A DNA stretch of 64,000 nucleotides from Sphaerodactylus townsendi. Taxonomy: Eukaryota. Below, piece after piece: positions 1 through 12,123 of this stretch; the stretch's first letter is position 1; each line of letters opens with the position of its first letter. The DNA lies in the NCBI RefSeq assembly GCF_021028975.2, contig NC_059425.1, positions 139,624,001 to 139,688,000 on the forward strand, given 5' to 3'. The position numbers and the translations under genes were made by a program. Under the pieces are notes generated by a model. It did no database searches. It saw only the letters and a list, made by a program, of their open reading frames with translations, and was not told where the DNA came from.

Positions 1-281
1 GCCGTAGAACTTCTTAGATGGTCCAAGCCACAGCTTTTATATTCATATATTAAATCCGGCGATACGGACCGCACCGGCAGCAGCAAACTCCTCTACTGAA
101 AAACTTCTACGCGGTCCAAACCGCAATTCCTTGTAGGTATATCCAGCTAAGCAGTACAAACCGCATGATCAGCACTGATAGTAGGCAATGCGGTCCGAGT
201 CACAACTTCTTATAGATGTATTCAACCATGCGGTGCAAGCCGCTCAATTCACACTGTTAATAAGCATCGCCCTGGAAACGA

Positions 282-328
282 GCAGAACGCTATGCGCTAG
301 AAGGCGTTTTCGATTCTTCGTCAGTGCC
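282..328 (-). ncRNA. Minimal type I hammerhead ribozyme of the Penelope element
   Basis: Minus strand ggca-CTGACGA-agaatc-GAAA-acgc-(loop)-gcgt-TC-tgct: intact catalytic core, stem III and stem I pair, stem II vestigial. Confidence 0.7.
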
Positions 329-772
329 ATCATATTAAAGTGCCCATATGCAATAAATTATTTCTAAACGTGCAATATCGATCTACAATATAAATACAAT
401 ACAGGAATAATAATCTGAATGCAATGCACTAGAGATAATGTTATTCCAATATATACACATGTTACAAATTTATATATGTGCCAACAATTTATTAATACAC
501 ATTGTATATGACATAATTAATTTATTATTCTGAGATAATTTATTTATTTAAAAATATTTCTTTTTAAAAAATATTTCTTTTTTTAAAAAAATTTCTTTTT
601 AAAAAAATCTATATAGATAATATAAACCACCAATTTTACAAAATAAATATTTTTAAAAGGAATAATTTATAATAGAAGTATTTTATTGAGTATCTTACCA
701 CTCAAATTCATGAACCTGTCACAGGATGTATCCTCTCAGATTCATGTGGTGTAAAGTACCTAGTATCCCAAG

Positions 773-1160
773 CTAGCAACTGAAAAAGCATGACTCATCG
801 CACCTGCTTCTAACTTCGAGGAAGCAACTATAGTCAATGTCTTTGTTTAACCCCTTCTGTACCGAATTTAACTTGAAAATCCATTTGGATTCCTGTTGAA
901 GTAATATTCTTTTTATGTCTCTTCTTCCATCATGTGGTCCAGCTACAACAAACAGAACTATAAAAGTGAAATCAGTTGGAGAATGATTATGCCTAATAAA
1001 GTGTTCTGTTAAAGGTGCTTCCAATTTCTGAGTCCTTATTGAGCTAATATGTTCAGTGAGTCTTTCCCGGAGCGTACGTGTTGTCATTCCGACGCATGCC
1101 ATTCTGCACGGGCATTCTAGCATGTAAACACAACGTTTAGTTCCACATGATGAAAAATAA
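773..1160 (-). pseudogene. PLE GIY-YIG endonuclease domain remnant
   Basis: Translation SCGTKRCVYMLECPCRMACVGMTTRTLRERLTEHISSI...LTEHF...H...LLQQESKWIFKLNS...GLN matches the PLE GIY-YIG pattern (second Y mutated to C). Confidence 0.85.
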
Positions 1161-1547
1161 GTGCCGTCCAGCTTCGACGGTGATCTACAGGATCAACAAT
1201 TGTTTTTGAGGTCTCCAAAATACTTATATAAACTATACATATGAATTCTTTACTAGCTACAGCCTCTAAACACTCATTGAAGGTAATCACAAATAAAGCA
1301 CATTGCAATAGTTCAGTCTCAATGTAACTAAGACCAGATCCATTAGCTATATCAGACTGTGCCAGGAATGAATGCAGCTGGCACGCCAGCCAAAGCTGGG
1401 CAAAAACTCTCTAAACCACAGAAGCCAACTGATTTTCTAGGGTGGCTGCTGTGCCCAGTTACGCTCCCAAGCTGCAGATCTGGGTTTTCAAAGGCAGTGT
1501 AATCCCACTGGAGACAGCAGAGATCTCAAGTCTCTGGTCTGCCATTC

Positions 1548-2545
1548 TTGTTTGTTTGTTTGTTTGTTTGTTTGTTTGAATTTCTATGCTGCCCCTCTCC
1601 AAAAGGAGTATTATTACAGTAATAAAACATAACATAATAAAACTCAATTTAATAAACAATTAAAACTGCTATTAATAATTACAATCAAATCCAAGAGTAG
1701 TGAAAATGCAACAAAAAATTAGAATCTATTTAGAACTTAAAGCTTAAAACTAGATTTGGGGCTGGCAACAGGTGTAATTGTATAGGCCTCAACCAAAAGC
1801 CTGGCGGAACAACTCTGCCTTACAGGCCCTGCGGAATTGCATCAAATCCCACAGGGCCCTGATGTTAGGTGGCAGAGCGCTCCACCAGGTAGGGGCCAAG
1901 TCCAAAAAACGCGGAGAGCTTTAGGGGTGGCTACTGGACAAGCCTCCATCAATAGAAGGAGTTGGGTGTCATCAGCATATAGATTACAGCTCAGCCCAGA
2001 ACTCTGCACCAACTGGGCAAGGGGACCCATGTAAATAGTAAACAGCAAAGGCGACAAAAGTGCTCCTTGCGGCACTCTGCAACTAATCACCATGCTCCAC
2101 AACCATGCACACCACGCTGTCCTCAACCCTGGAAAAAAGAAGAGACCCAGCTCAAGGTTAAGCCTTGAACTCCAGCATCCATGAAACGGTGGATCAAAAG
2201 ATCATAACCGATCACATCAAATTCTGTGGTAAGATCTAGTAATACCAGCAGCACTGTACCAGAGTTCATCTGTGATGGCAGCTAGTACAGTCTCTGTTCC
2301 ATGACCAGCACGGAAGCCATACTGGAAGGGATCCCACACTGTGTGTCATCCAGAAAGGTCTGCAGCTGCTCCGCCACTGCTCTCTCAATTACCTTACCCA
2401 GAAATGGAAGATTTGAGACTGGGCAGTAATTGGCCAGATCACTAGGATCTAAAGATGGTCTTTTAAAGAGCACTGCCTCCTCCAGCTGACCCGGGAACAC
2501 TCCTTGCTCAAGGGAGTGGTTGACAATATCCAACAGGTGGCTGCT
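1548..2545 (-). mobile_element. L2-clade LINE fragment (RT region and 3' end)
   Basis: ORFs with NYCPVSNLPFLGKVIERAV and VPQGALLSPLLFTIYM...LYADDTQL; (AAAC)n tail at about 1548-1577. Confidence 0.85.
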
Positions 2546-3283
2546 CTTCTAATCCAGAGAACCCTATCTTTTCAGTATTCAGTTTCAGCTTAATATTTTA
2601 CCATGGAACATTTTAAAAAAATCAGAAACAGAACATTTGAGCAGTGAATGCCTATAACTATCAATAGAAAAAGCAAATAACCTGAAATTGAAGTAGTTTG
2701 TAGTAGTCTTTCCTATGGAATCCAATATAATGTAGACTATCCTAGCAGTATGATTGAAACCGCGTGGCACTAATAATGCTGCCCTGTGACTAAAATTCTC
2801 GGCACAGCTCTAGAGTGGAATCATTATTAATTTATTATAGTAGCTTGATTTAACAAGGAAGTAGGATGGACTCCAGCAGGATAGACAGAATATAAAAGTT
2901 AAAGGGAGAGTTCATTTCAGAAGAAATTGTATTTGAAGTTTCTAATGAAAGGCGGAGTGTTTCAAGAAAACACAAATATCAGATTTGCCCTTATTATAAA
3001 CTTGTTTTTCAGAGCTATCAGTTTTGATTCCTATTGTGATAATGTACTTTCTACAACTTTTACCAATGATTATTCTTCATATGGCTTTCCCACCCTTCCT
3101 CCAAGAAATTCATTGTACATGAGTAAAATGCCTTTCCCCTAGCAATAACCCTGTGGGATAGGTTAGAGTAAGAATGAATAATTGACCTAAAAGTTACCCA
3201 GAAAATCTTTATGGGACATTTGAACATTTGAACCCAGAACCTCACAGATCAAGTCCAGCAATCTGACTACATTTCACAATACT

Positions 3284-3672
3284 AGAACCAGGAGGCATTC
3301 ATTGAAAATGCTGGGGGGAAGAATTAGGACTAATAAAAGGAAACACTTCTTCACACAACGTGTGATTGGTGTTTGGAATATGCTGCCACAGGAGGTGGTG
3401 ATGGCCACTAACCTGGATAGCTTTAAAAAGCGCTTGGACAGATTTATGGAGAAGTCGATTTATGGCTACCAATCTCGATCCTCCTTGATCTCAGATTGCA
3501 AATGCCTTAGCCGACCAGGTGCTCAGGAGCAGCAGCAGCAGCAGGCCATTGCTTTCACATCCTGCACGTGAGCTCCCAAAGGTACCTGGTGGGCCACTGC
3601 GAATAGCAGAGTGCTGGACTAGATGGACTCGGGTCTGATCCAACAGGCTATTTCTTATGTTCTTATGTTCTT
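3284..3672 (+). mobile_element. CR1 LINE 3' end
   Basis: RKHFFTQRVIGVWNMLPQEVVMATNLDSFKKRLDRFM is the CR1 ORF2 C-terminus; (TTCTTATG)n tail. Confidence 0.85.
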
Positions 3673-3674
3673 AC

Positions 3675-3888
3675 TTATTTATTTACTTCATTTATAGCCT
3701 ACCTTTCTCTTCAATGAGGACCCAAAACAGCTTACACTGTTTACCTCTCTTGCATTTTATCCTCACAGCAACCCTCTAAGGGAAGTTAGTCTGAGAATTT
3801 GTGACTCATCCATGGTCACTAGCAAGCTTCCATGGTAAGGCAAGGATTTGAACCCAAGTTTCCAAATCCTAGTTACCATGCTGGCTTT
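3675..3888 (-). mobile_element. tRNA-derived CORE/MIR-like SINE
   Basis: cattttatcctcacagcaacc core and ggatttgaaccc (B-box complement). Confidence 0.6.
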
Positions 3889-4106
3889 TCAGTTGTGTGG
3901 GAGTATTTTACATCACCAGTGATAAGAGGTTGGCATCCTAGAACAAACCTCTGTTGTGATTTTCTGGGAGAGAAAGAGTTGATCACCTAAAATGATCTTA
4001 CCAGTCTTAACATATCTGGTGATTATGTGTTCTAGTGTTTTTCTTCTTCTTTCCATTTTGCAATACATTTGCTATCCAAAATGGGCTGAGAAGAATTGGT
4101 GACACA

Positions 4107-4366
4107 AGAAGAACAGATTTAACCCTATTTTTCACAACCGTAAGGAGTTCCAAAGTGGCTTACAAACTCCTTCCTTTCCTCTCCCCACAACAGTCACTCT
4201 GTGAGGTAGGTGGGACTGAAAGAGTTCTGAGAGAATTGTGACTAGCCCAAGGTCACCCAGCAAACTTCATGTGTGGGAGCAGAGGAACAAATCCAGTCCA
4301 CCAGAGAACAGTCCAGTTCTACAGACCAGAGTCCACTGCTCTTCACCACTATACCACGCGGGCTCT
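4107..4366 (-). mobile_element. tRNA-derived squamate SINE (Squam3-like)
   Basis: ctgtgaggtaggtggg...gtgactagcccaaggtcacccagc shared with copies at 57266 and 63230. Confidence 0.7.
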
Positions 4367-4512
4367 CTGGTCATTCTGTGTGCTTTATTGCTGAGTAGGC
4401 ATTTAGCTTGGAACAGTAACCCTAAGTAGGTCTGCTCAGAGTTCTATTTGCTCAATGAGACTTACTCCCAGGAAATTGTACTTAAAATTGCACTGAGAAG
4501 GTATGCTTAGAT

Positions 4513-5031
4513 CAGGGACGTACTGCCCATGGGGTCATGGGGTATCCCATGTCCTCCGGTGCATGCCGTTTCATCACATGGGGGACGGGGTGCCAGGAAC
4601 TGACCAGGTCCCCATGGCCGGCCTCTCCCATGGCGTGGCGACCCAGCCGGTGCCCAGCAGCTCCCCTCATGCAGGAGCCCTGCTCGCTGGCTGACCTGAT
4701 TGCTACACTTGCAGGCCAGCTCCTGCCCCCCCGGAATCTGGGGAAGGCAGAAGCTGGCCTACCGCCATGGTGCCCACCCGAGTTGCCCGCCACTGAGCCC
4801 TACCCTCCCTGTAGTGAGGCTGGGGGCAGGGCTTGGTAGCGGGTGGTCAAGGTGGGCGCCATAGCAGCAGCTGGCTCAAGAGCCCAGGAGCTGGCCTGCC
4901 ACTGCAGTACCCATCCGAGCTGCCCCCGAGCCCTCCCTGCTAGCTCCCATAAGTGGGGCATGGGAAGCTGGGCAGGGGGGGCAGGGAGCCGGTCATGCCC
5001 CTGGGTGCCATCTAGGCCACGTACACCACTG
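4513..5031. mobile_element. Non-autonomous hAT DNA transposon
   Basis: 8-bp TSD GCTTAGAT at 4505-4512 and 5032-5039; CAG...CTG imperfect TIRs; GC-rich interior. Confidence 0.8.
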
Positions 5032-5303
5032 GCTTAGATAAGACATTAAACATGAGTAGGACTGTGGTTTCTCAACTCACATTGAATGTGTAATTTGGCA
5101 CTCACCTGAAAAATAGCATGGGGCCCTAAATCAGCTCCAGAGCTTGGCATAATGGCAGAAGAGGCTTCATAATTCCCTCCCTTTCACCCTACAAGCTTTC
5201 TCTAGAAGAAAAGGTCTGTAGAGGGCAGTGCCCTGGCCTGCCAGGCCCATGGGGAGTCATGTTACAGCTGCTAGCAGGCATATGTATGTGTGTGAGGGAG
5301 AGC

Positions 5304-5850
5304 TGTCTTACTCTGACTCCAGAGGAATAAGTACCAAGCAGGTCTGGGAAGAGGCAGTCAAGGGTCGAAGGTAGGTCAGGTCAGGCAATCCAGTCTGAGT
5401 CTGAATTCCAAATCCATGAGCAGGTGTAGCAGAAAGCAGTCAGGTTTTCAACAATGCTGTTCCTGCAACTTCTACCTCCCAGAGCTATTTCTTAAATGTC
5501 TGTGCTGTGGCTTGGTCTTGATTGTGACAGCATTTTCTGCAATGCCTTAGGGCTTCAAAGCATGCAGTACACCTTATAGAGTGCAGTTTCTGCCGGTACA
5601 GATTCTCAGTTGCCTCACAGACTCAGGTGAGCTGGATAGACTGCTAGTTCAGGCCTCGGTGGTTGGAGATGCTTCTGCAAGCACTCTAACTCTTAGCTTG
5701 GGCCAGCTCTATCTGTACCCAGTGAGGTTTCTGGCTGTGCTTGAGGACCAGTCGACTGGGGCCCCAGCACAGCAGAGTCACCCTGCCAGTATTCCTCATT
5801 GGAAGACTCTTGACTCACTGACTCTGAGCCCACCTCAGACAGGCTGTACA
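5304..5850. mobile_element. Possible solo LTR (Gypsy-like)
   Basis: TGT...ACA ends about 550 bp apart and LTR-like composition; no convincing TSD. Confidence 0.3.
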
Positions 5851-7467
5851 GTTCACTGCTGGGGAGCGGGGGAGACACACATAGAATGTCTGCTTGGGGG
5901 ATACATAGAAGGCCAGTTGAATTGGAATTTCCCGCAATCAAACTCACATTTAATGTTTTGTCTAACCAGACTCTGAGTTTGAAACTCTAACCACTGTAAC
6001 ACTTCCTCTCACTGGCTTCTCTGTGCAAATGATCAAAGCAGATCATTTATAATCTTTTTTCTTTTCTTTTTTACCTTTTCTCCTGTCAGTGTTGTGAAAA
6101 TCCTTTTTTCAAGTAACTAATTAACTAAATGCAACCAATTCAAAAAGATAATGAACCCCAAACAAAGCAACCATTTAAAAGTCCAGATGCTGTGTGTTTT
6201 ACTTCTTCCCATATCTCCTCTGTGTTGTAAAGCTACAATTATCTCCATGGGTAGGGAAAAAACAGGTTGAAGGATTTCTAACTCCCCTCCCCATGCCATT
6301 TATTGCAGCTGGGGTTGGAATATTTTAATAATGAAAGTGTATGTGGGCGGAAAGGAGTAAATATGTTGTTCCCTATCAGCAGCTGCAAGTTAGGTTTTTT
6401 TTTTTAAAATGCCAAACATCCTGATCACAGACTTTCCCACTTCTCATTTAGTCTGTCCCTTAGCCAGCCTTTTTTTATTTAAGATGTTTGAATGATCTAT
6501 GCTAACAGGAACTGTCTTGCAAAAGCCTGCAGATCTTATCCTTAGTCCTTTAGCTCTCCTCCTGCAGGTGCCCTTATTTATGTGAGACCAGCCAATTTCT
6601 GCTTTGAATTTTGCCCTAGGCAAAACTAACAAACCTATTTCCTGTGTTTTTGTTCAAGGGTGGCATACTATTATGGCTTAAAAGCAAAACATGGTTGAAA
6701 TGCTTTGGACAAGCCTTTGACAAGACAAGTTACACTTGTGTCTGTTTTCTGTGATTTATTTAGGGTACCTTTGACTGACTGCTGTGCTTGTAAACTTGAT
6801 TTGCCCTACTGATGACAAGCCCTTCCCTTGATTCTAAAGCAAACTTTTAAATAAAATTCTTTGAATAATCTAAAGTGATTAGTTTCAATTTTCGGTCCTG
6901 TTCCAAACTGAGCTCCTATTGAACTCCAAGCATACAATGTCCAAAAGCCTTGTCGCGACCAACCCTTGCTACAAGGCCTGGTTGCCAACCTTTGGGCAGG
7001 GGTTGTACTTCTCCCAGAATAAAAAATGATTGTGCCCATTCATTTCATTTTGCTAACACACTCTTTAATTTAATTAATTAATTAATTAATTACGATTCAG
7101 ATTGCTGCTTCACAATTAGATCCTGTCCTAAGTAAAAATACTAGTGTTTTTTATAAATGCTTTATTCAGTTTCATAAAATAGTTATAAGCAGTTATCTTC
7201 ACTCTTGCATCAAAGTTGTTCGTCAATTAAAACAATAAGCCAAGTATATTATAAACTTTATACATACATAAATCAAGTCAAGTTTCATTTCACTTCTATG
7301 TTTATAATAACTTCCTCCCCTCCCCCCTTAAGACTTCCCCTCTAATCCTATCATTATAACATTCTAACAACTTTATTACAACAGTTTTATTAACAAAAAG
7401 CAAACTAAAGAACCGAAGTTCTTTACTAACTAAACATCAAAAGAAGAATTCACAACTGATATTATCA

Positions 7468-10400
7468 TTAATATTCTACTGGAGCTATTGAAATATTATT
7501 TCTTTCTGACTGATAGTTTGTCCACGGTAGCCATATTTGTTTATATTCTTCTGAAGGTCTTCCCCTGATCTGAAAAGATATCCTATCCATTATGTACAAA
7601 TTCTGTACTTTTGCTTGCCACTCCTTCATTGTCGGTATTTGGTCTGTCCTCCAGTGCCTTGCTATTATAATTCGAGCTGCTGAAAGTAAGTGAAAAATTA
7701 AATGTTTATGTTTTACAGGTATCTTCTCTTCCATAAAAGCCGGCCCCAAAAGGTAAGTTAATGCATTTTTCTTTATATTGTATCCTATTATTTCTCTTAT
7801 TTGTTTTTCAATTTCTTGCCAGTATTTTTTAATTTTCTTACAGGTCCACCATTGATGGAAAAAAGTGCCTGCTTCTTCTTTACATTTCCAACACCTAGGG
7901 AAATATTTATTGTTCATTTTGGATATTGTTGTTGGTGTGTAATAAACTCTGTAATACATTTTAATGCTGTTTTCCCACAGATCTGCACATGGTGTAAACT
8001 TATAAATCTCTGCATAAAATTTCTCCCATTGTTCTAGGGTGATTACTTTACCTTCATTTTCAGCCCACTTGATCATATTACATTTAACCATTTCATCCTC
8101 TGTTTTTTGTTGTCTTAAGATTTTATATATTACACTTACAGTTTTCCCTTCAAAATTAGTTAAAGCTTTGTCTAATTCATTCAACTCTTTCTGAAATACC
8201 CCAGGTATTTAAGTCTGTTTGAAAGCTATTACGTATCTGCATATATGTATACCAGTGACATATATTTCCTTCAAAATGTATTAATTCCCTCTTCTTCATC
8301 ATTGGTTTATTTTGATTCCACATTAGGATGTCACGATACCTAGGCCAGGTTTCTGCATTTCTGTCGTAAATCTTGTGTGCTTCCATTCTGGATATCCAGT
8401 TGGGAATCTTATTATAAAATGTTTTCCTATATTTTTGCCAGATTTTCCATAAGTTAAATCTTAAATAATGGTTTTTGAAGATCTTATCAATTTGCTGTTT
8501 TTTATTTGATACTGGCCATAGGTATGCATGCCACCCTTTCTGCAGATTATATCCTTCTAGATCAAGGAGTTTTTTGTCTCTCAACATAACCCATTCTTTA
8601 ACCCACGATAGTGCGCCTGCATCGTGGTATATCTGTAAATCTGGTAGGGTTAATCCTCCTTCTTTCTTGCTTTGTATCAAATGTTTGTATCTTACCCTCG
8701 GTTTTTTCCCCTCCCAGACGAATTTTGTAATCATTGTTTTCCATTCATTAAAGTAATTTTTTGTAGTTATCATAGGAATCGTCTGGAATAAGTATATATA
8801 TTTTGGTAAGATTGTCATTTTTACCGTATTTATTCTCCCTAGTAGTGAGAGTCTCTTCCCCGTCCATCTTTTAAAGTCTTCCTGTGTTTCTTTCCCTAGT
8901 TTATCATAATTATTCTTTATCAGGTTCCTGTTCTTATCTTCCAGTGTAATACCTAAGTATTTTATCTGTTTTTCTATTTTAATGTTCGAAATTTCTTCTA
9001 CTTTCCTTTTTTCCTTAGGTGTCATGTTCCATATAAACATTTTAGTTTTATTATAATTAATTTTCAATCCAGCTCTTTTTCCGTAATTGGAGATGATGTC
9101 TTGCACTATGCCCATTTTTAATTGTGGTTCATCTAAGAAAATCACTATATCATCCGCATATGCCATTATTTTATAATTGTTTCCTTTAATTTTTATCCCT
9201 TTGATTCTCTCATCCTCTCTTATTTTATTTAGGAGGATTTCTGTTGTTATAATGAAAAGTAACGGTGATAGTGGGCACCCTTGACGGGTCCCTCTTTTTA
9301 TCTCAAGTTGTTCTGTATATTCATTGTTAATTTTAATTTTTGCAATTTGATTCTGATATATTTTAGTTATTGCAGTAATATAACCTCCTTCTATTCCCAT
9401 TCTTTGTAGTGTTGTCGTCATAAATTTCCAATTAACCCTGTCAAAAGCTTTCTCAGCGTCTAAAAAGATTGCAGCTAATGGTAAGTCTGGTTTTTCATTT
9501 ATATACTCTATTATATTAATCATTCTTCTGATGTTTTGATTAATGTGTCTACCTGGGAGAAACCCTCGTTGTTCATCTTCAATATGATCTTTCAGTATTT
9601 TTTTAAGTCGTTGCGCTAATATTGATGTAAAAATTTTATAATCAATATTGAGTAGCGATATGGGGCGGATTTCGTTTTCGGTATTAGTGATATTGCCGCC
9701 ACTTTCCATGTTTCTGGTATTTTTTCGTCTTTAAATATCCCATTTATTAAGGTTGTCAGGTGTTCGATTAATTCTTTTTAAAAAATCTTATAATAGTTTG
9801 CATTTAGGCCATCTAAACCTGGTGTTTTATTTTTGAGGTTTTGGATCACTTTCTCCACTTCACCTGTTGTTACTGGTTTATTTAATTCTTCTATTTCTCG
9901 TTTTTTTATCTTATTAAATGTTGGACTTACTATGTATTGGTCATGTTCATTTATCCCACTGATTTCTTCTTTATACAACTGGCTATAGTAATTTAGGAAG
10001 GCTTGTTTAATTTGATTTTTATCTGTAATTGTTTTAGTGTTTGTCTTTATTTTATTAATTATGTTTTGATTGTATTGTTTCCGTAATTTATTGGCTAATA
10101 CTCTCCCTATCTTATTATCTAAGGCATAATAGTTTTGTTTACTGTAGATCAGGTTTCTAACAACCTGGTCTGTTTGTAATGCCTCGATTTGTTCTTTTAG
10201 TAGTTTTATTTTCTTTATTAGCTTCTTATTGTCTCTCTTTTTTGTAATTTATCTTCTAAGGTTCTTAATTTCATTTTCAATATCTTGTTGTTTTTTCTTT
10301 TTTGCCCTCCTTAGACTAACTTCTTTCATTATGCATCCTCTGATCACTGCTTTATGAGCATCCCACAATGTTCTTTCTTCTGTTACTGAACCCCTGTTAA

Positions 10401-11220
10401 TCTCCCAGTAACTTACCAAATTTTTCCTAATTTCCTCTTGTGCTTGTTTATTATTTAACACCCAATCCTTAATTTTCCAATTTGCACTTGTTCTTCCTGT
10501 TACCATTTCTACATATATTGGATTATGATCTGACAATATTCTTGCCTTTGTATCAATTTTACATATCTCAGTGCATATTCTACCAGTTGCCCAGATCATG
10601 TCAATTCTTGTTAGACATTTGTGTCTATTTGAATAGAAGGTAAAGTTTTTTTCATTCCCCCTTTTAAGTCTCCAGACATCATTAATATTCAATTCTCTTG
10701 ACATTTCAAAAAACAATTTAGGTAATTTTCCGTCTTTTCTCAGGTTATCTTTTTTCTTTTGTTTACAATCCAATTTATCTATTTCTGGGTTAATCACACC
10801 ATTAAAATCCCCCAGAATTATCCATTCCTCGTGTTGCCATTCTGACAGTTTGTCCTTTAGATGGTCGTAAAATATTGCCTTTTTCTCATTAGGTCCATAT
10901 AGTCCAATTATCATAATTTTTTTATTGTTTATTTCTATCTCCACCCCCACATATCTTCCTTCTTTATCTATTATTTTCTCTTTGGGATTCAGGTGTTCCT
11001 TTATATATAGGGCTACACCCCTTTTTTTCCTCTTGTATCCCGTGTGGAAAAGGGTTCCCATTTTGGGGTAAGTAATATATTTCTCTTTTCCTTTTTTAAT
11101 GTGTGTTTCTTGAAGGCATGTTACAATTGCATTTTCTTTGATAAGCTGAGAAAAGACGTTTTTACGTTTTCTGGGGTTATTGAGACCATTAATGTTACAA
11201 GTCAATATTTTATTATTCAT
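7468..11220 (-). pseudogene. L1 ORF2p (APE endonuclease, RT, CCHC), broken near 10250, 9780-9700 and 8180
   Basis: TCNINGL, CLQETH, GDFN, RID, SDH (APE); RPISLLNIDYKI, DAEKAFD, GTRQGCPLSPLLF, YADD (RT); CWKC...FFHQWWTC (zinc knuckle). Confidence 0.95.
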
Positions 11221-11259
11221 CCATTCCCTCCCCCCGCTCTTTCCCTTCCCCCCTTGTTC

Positions 11260-12123
11260 TTACTTGTCTTCCTCTTGTAGGCTTCTTTTTAGTTTTTGTA
11301 CAATTTCTTGCGCTCTTGGTACTGTCAGGATGTTGTGTCTTTTTCCATCTAATGAGAAGGATATCCCTTCCGGAATTATCCATCTGAAGGTGATGTTATT
11401 AGTTCTTAACATGTCAGTCAGAATTTTGTAATCCTTCCTTCTGCGTTGGATTGATAGAGGTACTTCTTTTAGTATGATAAGTCTTTTCCCATCTATTTGC
11501 AGTGGTTGTCTAGAATCGTGACGTAGTATTTCATCCCTTAAGCATTTCTGGACGCAATTCAGAAAGATATCTCTTGGCAATTTTTTGTCTCTTGCCACCC
11601 TCGAATTCACCCTGTATATGTGATCGATTTCTCTTCTTACCTCCTTGTCTTCCATGCCCCATACTTCTTGTAGAGTTGGCATCATTCTTTCCATTAATGT
11701 TTCTCCAACCATCTCTGTAACTCCTCTAATTCTCAAAGAAGTTTCTTTCTGTGCATATTCCATTACTGCTATTGCATCTTCTTGTTTATTGGAATAGTCT
11801 CTTAAGTTTTCCACCGAGTCTTCTATATCAATTATTCTTGCATCATGTTCTTTTAATCCCTCCTTCATTAATTTCAAAGTCTCATCTATCTTTTTAAAAT
11901 GTCCAAGTTCTCTTTTAATGTCCGTTAATTCTGCCTCCAATCTGGACATTCTATCTTTGTTTTCTTGGTGATAGACTGCATTATCTTTTTGGGACGTTAC
12001 AATTAGGTCAATAAGATGTTCCAGTTTTGTTGCATACTCTTGGTTTTTTTCTGGTGTCGCAAGTTCTTGAATGGCACCTTTAGTTACCTTCTAATTTACA
12101 TATGGGCCCCTTCGCGTTGCCAT
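11260..12123 (-). pseudogene. L1 ORF1p (coiled coil, RRM, CTD); open 11260-11949, N-terminus uncertain
   Basis: Heptad-rich region, then LRIRGVTE, IDHIYRV, PRDI, RRRKDYK, FRWIIP motifs. Confidence 0.85.

Larger units (their letters stand above)
1..1230 (-). mobile_element. Penelope-like retroelement, 5'-truncated (GIY-YIG endonuclease end plus 3' pseudo-LTR region); runs off window start
   Basis: GIY-YIG remnant at 773-1160 followed downstream by a hammerhead motif, the usual PLE layout. Confidence 0.8.
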
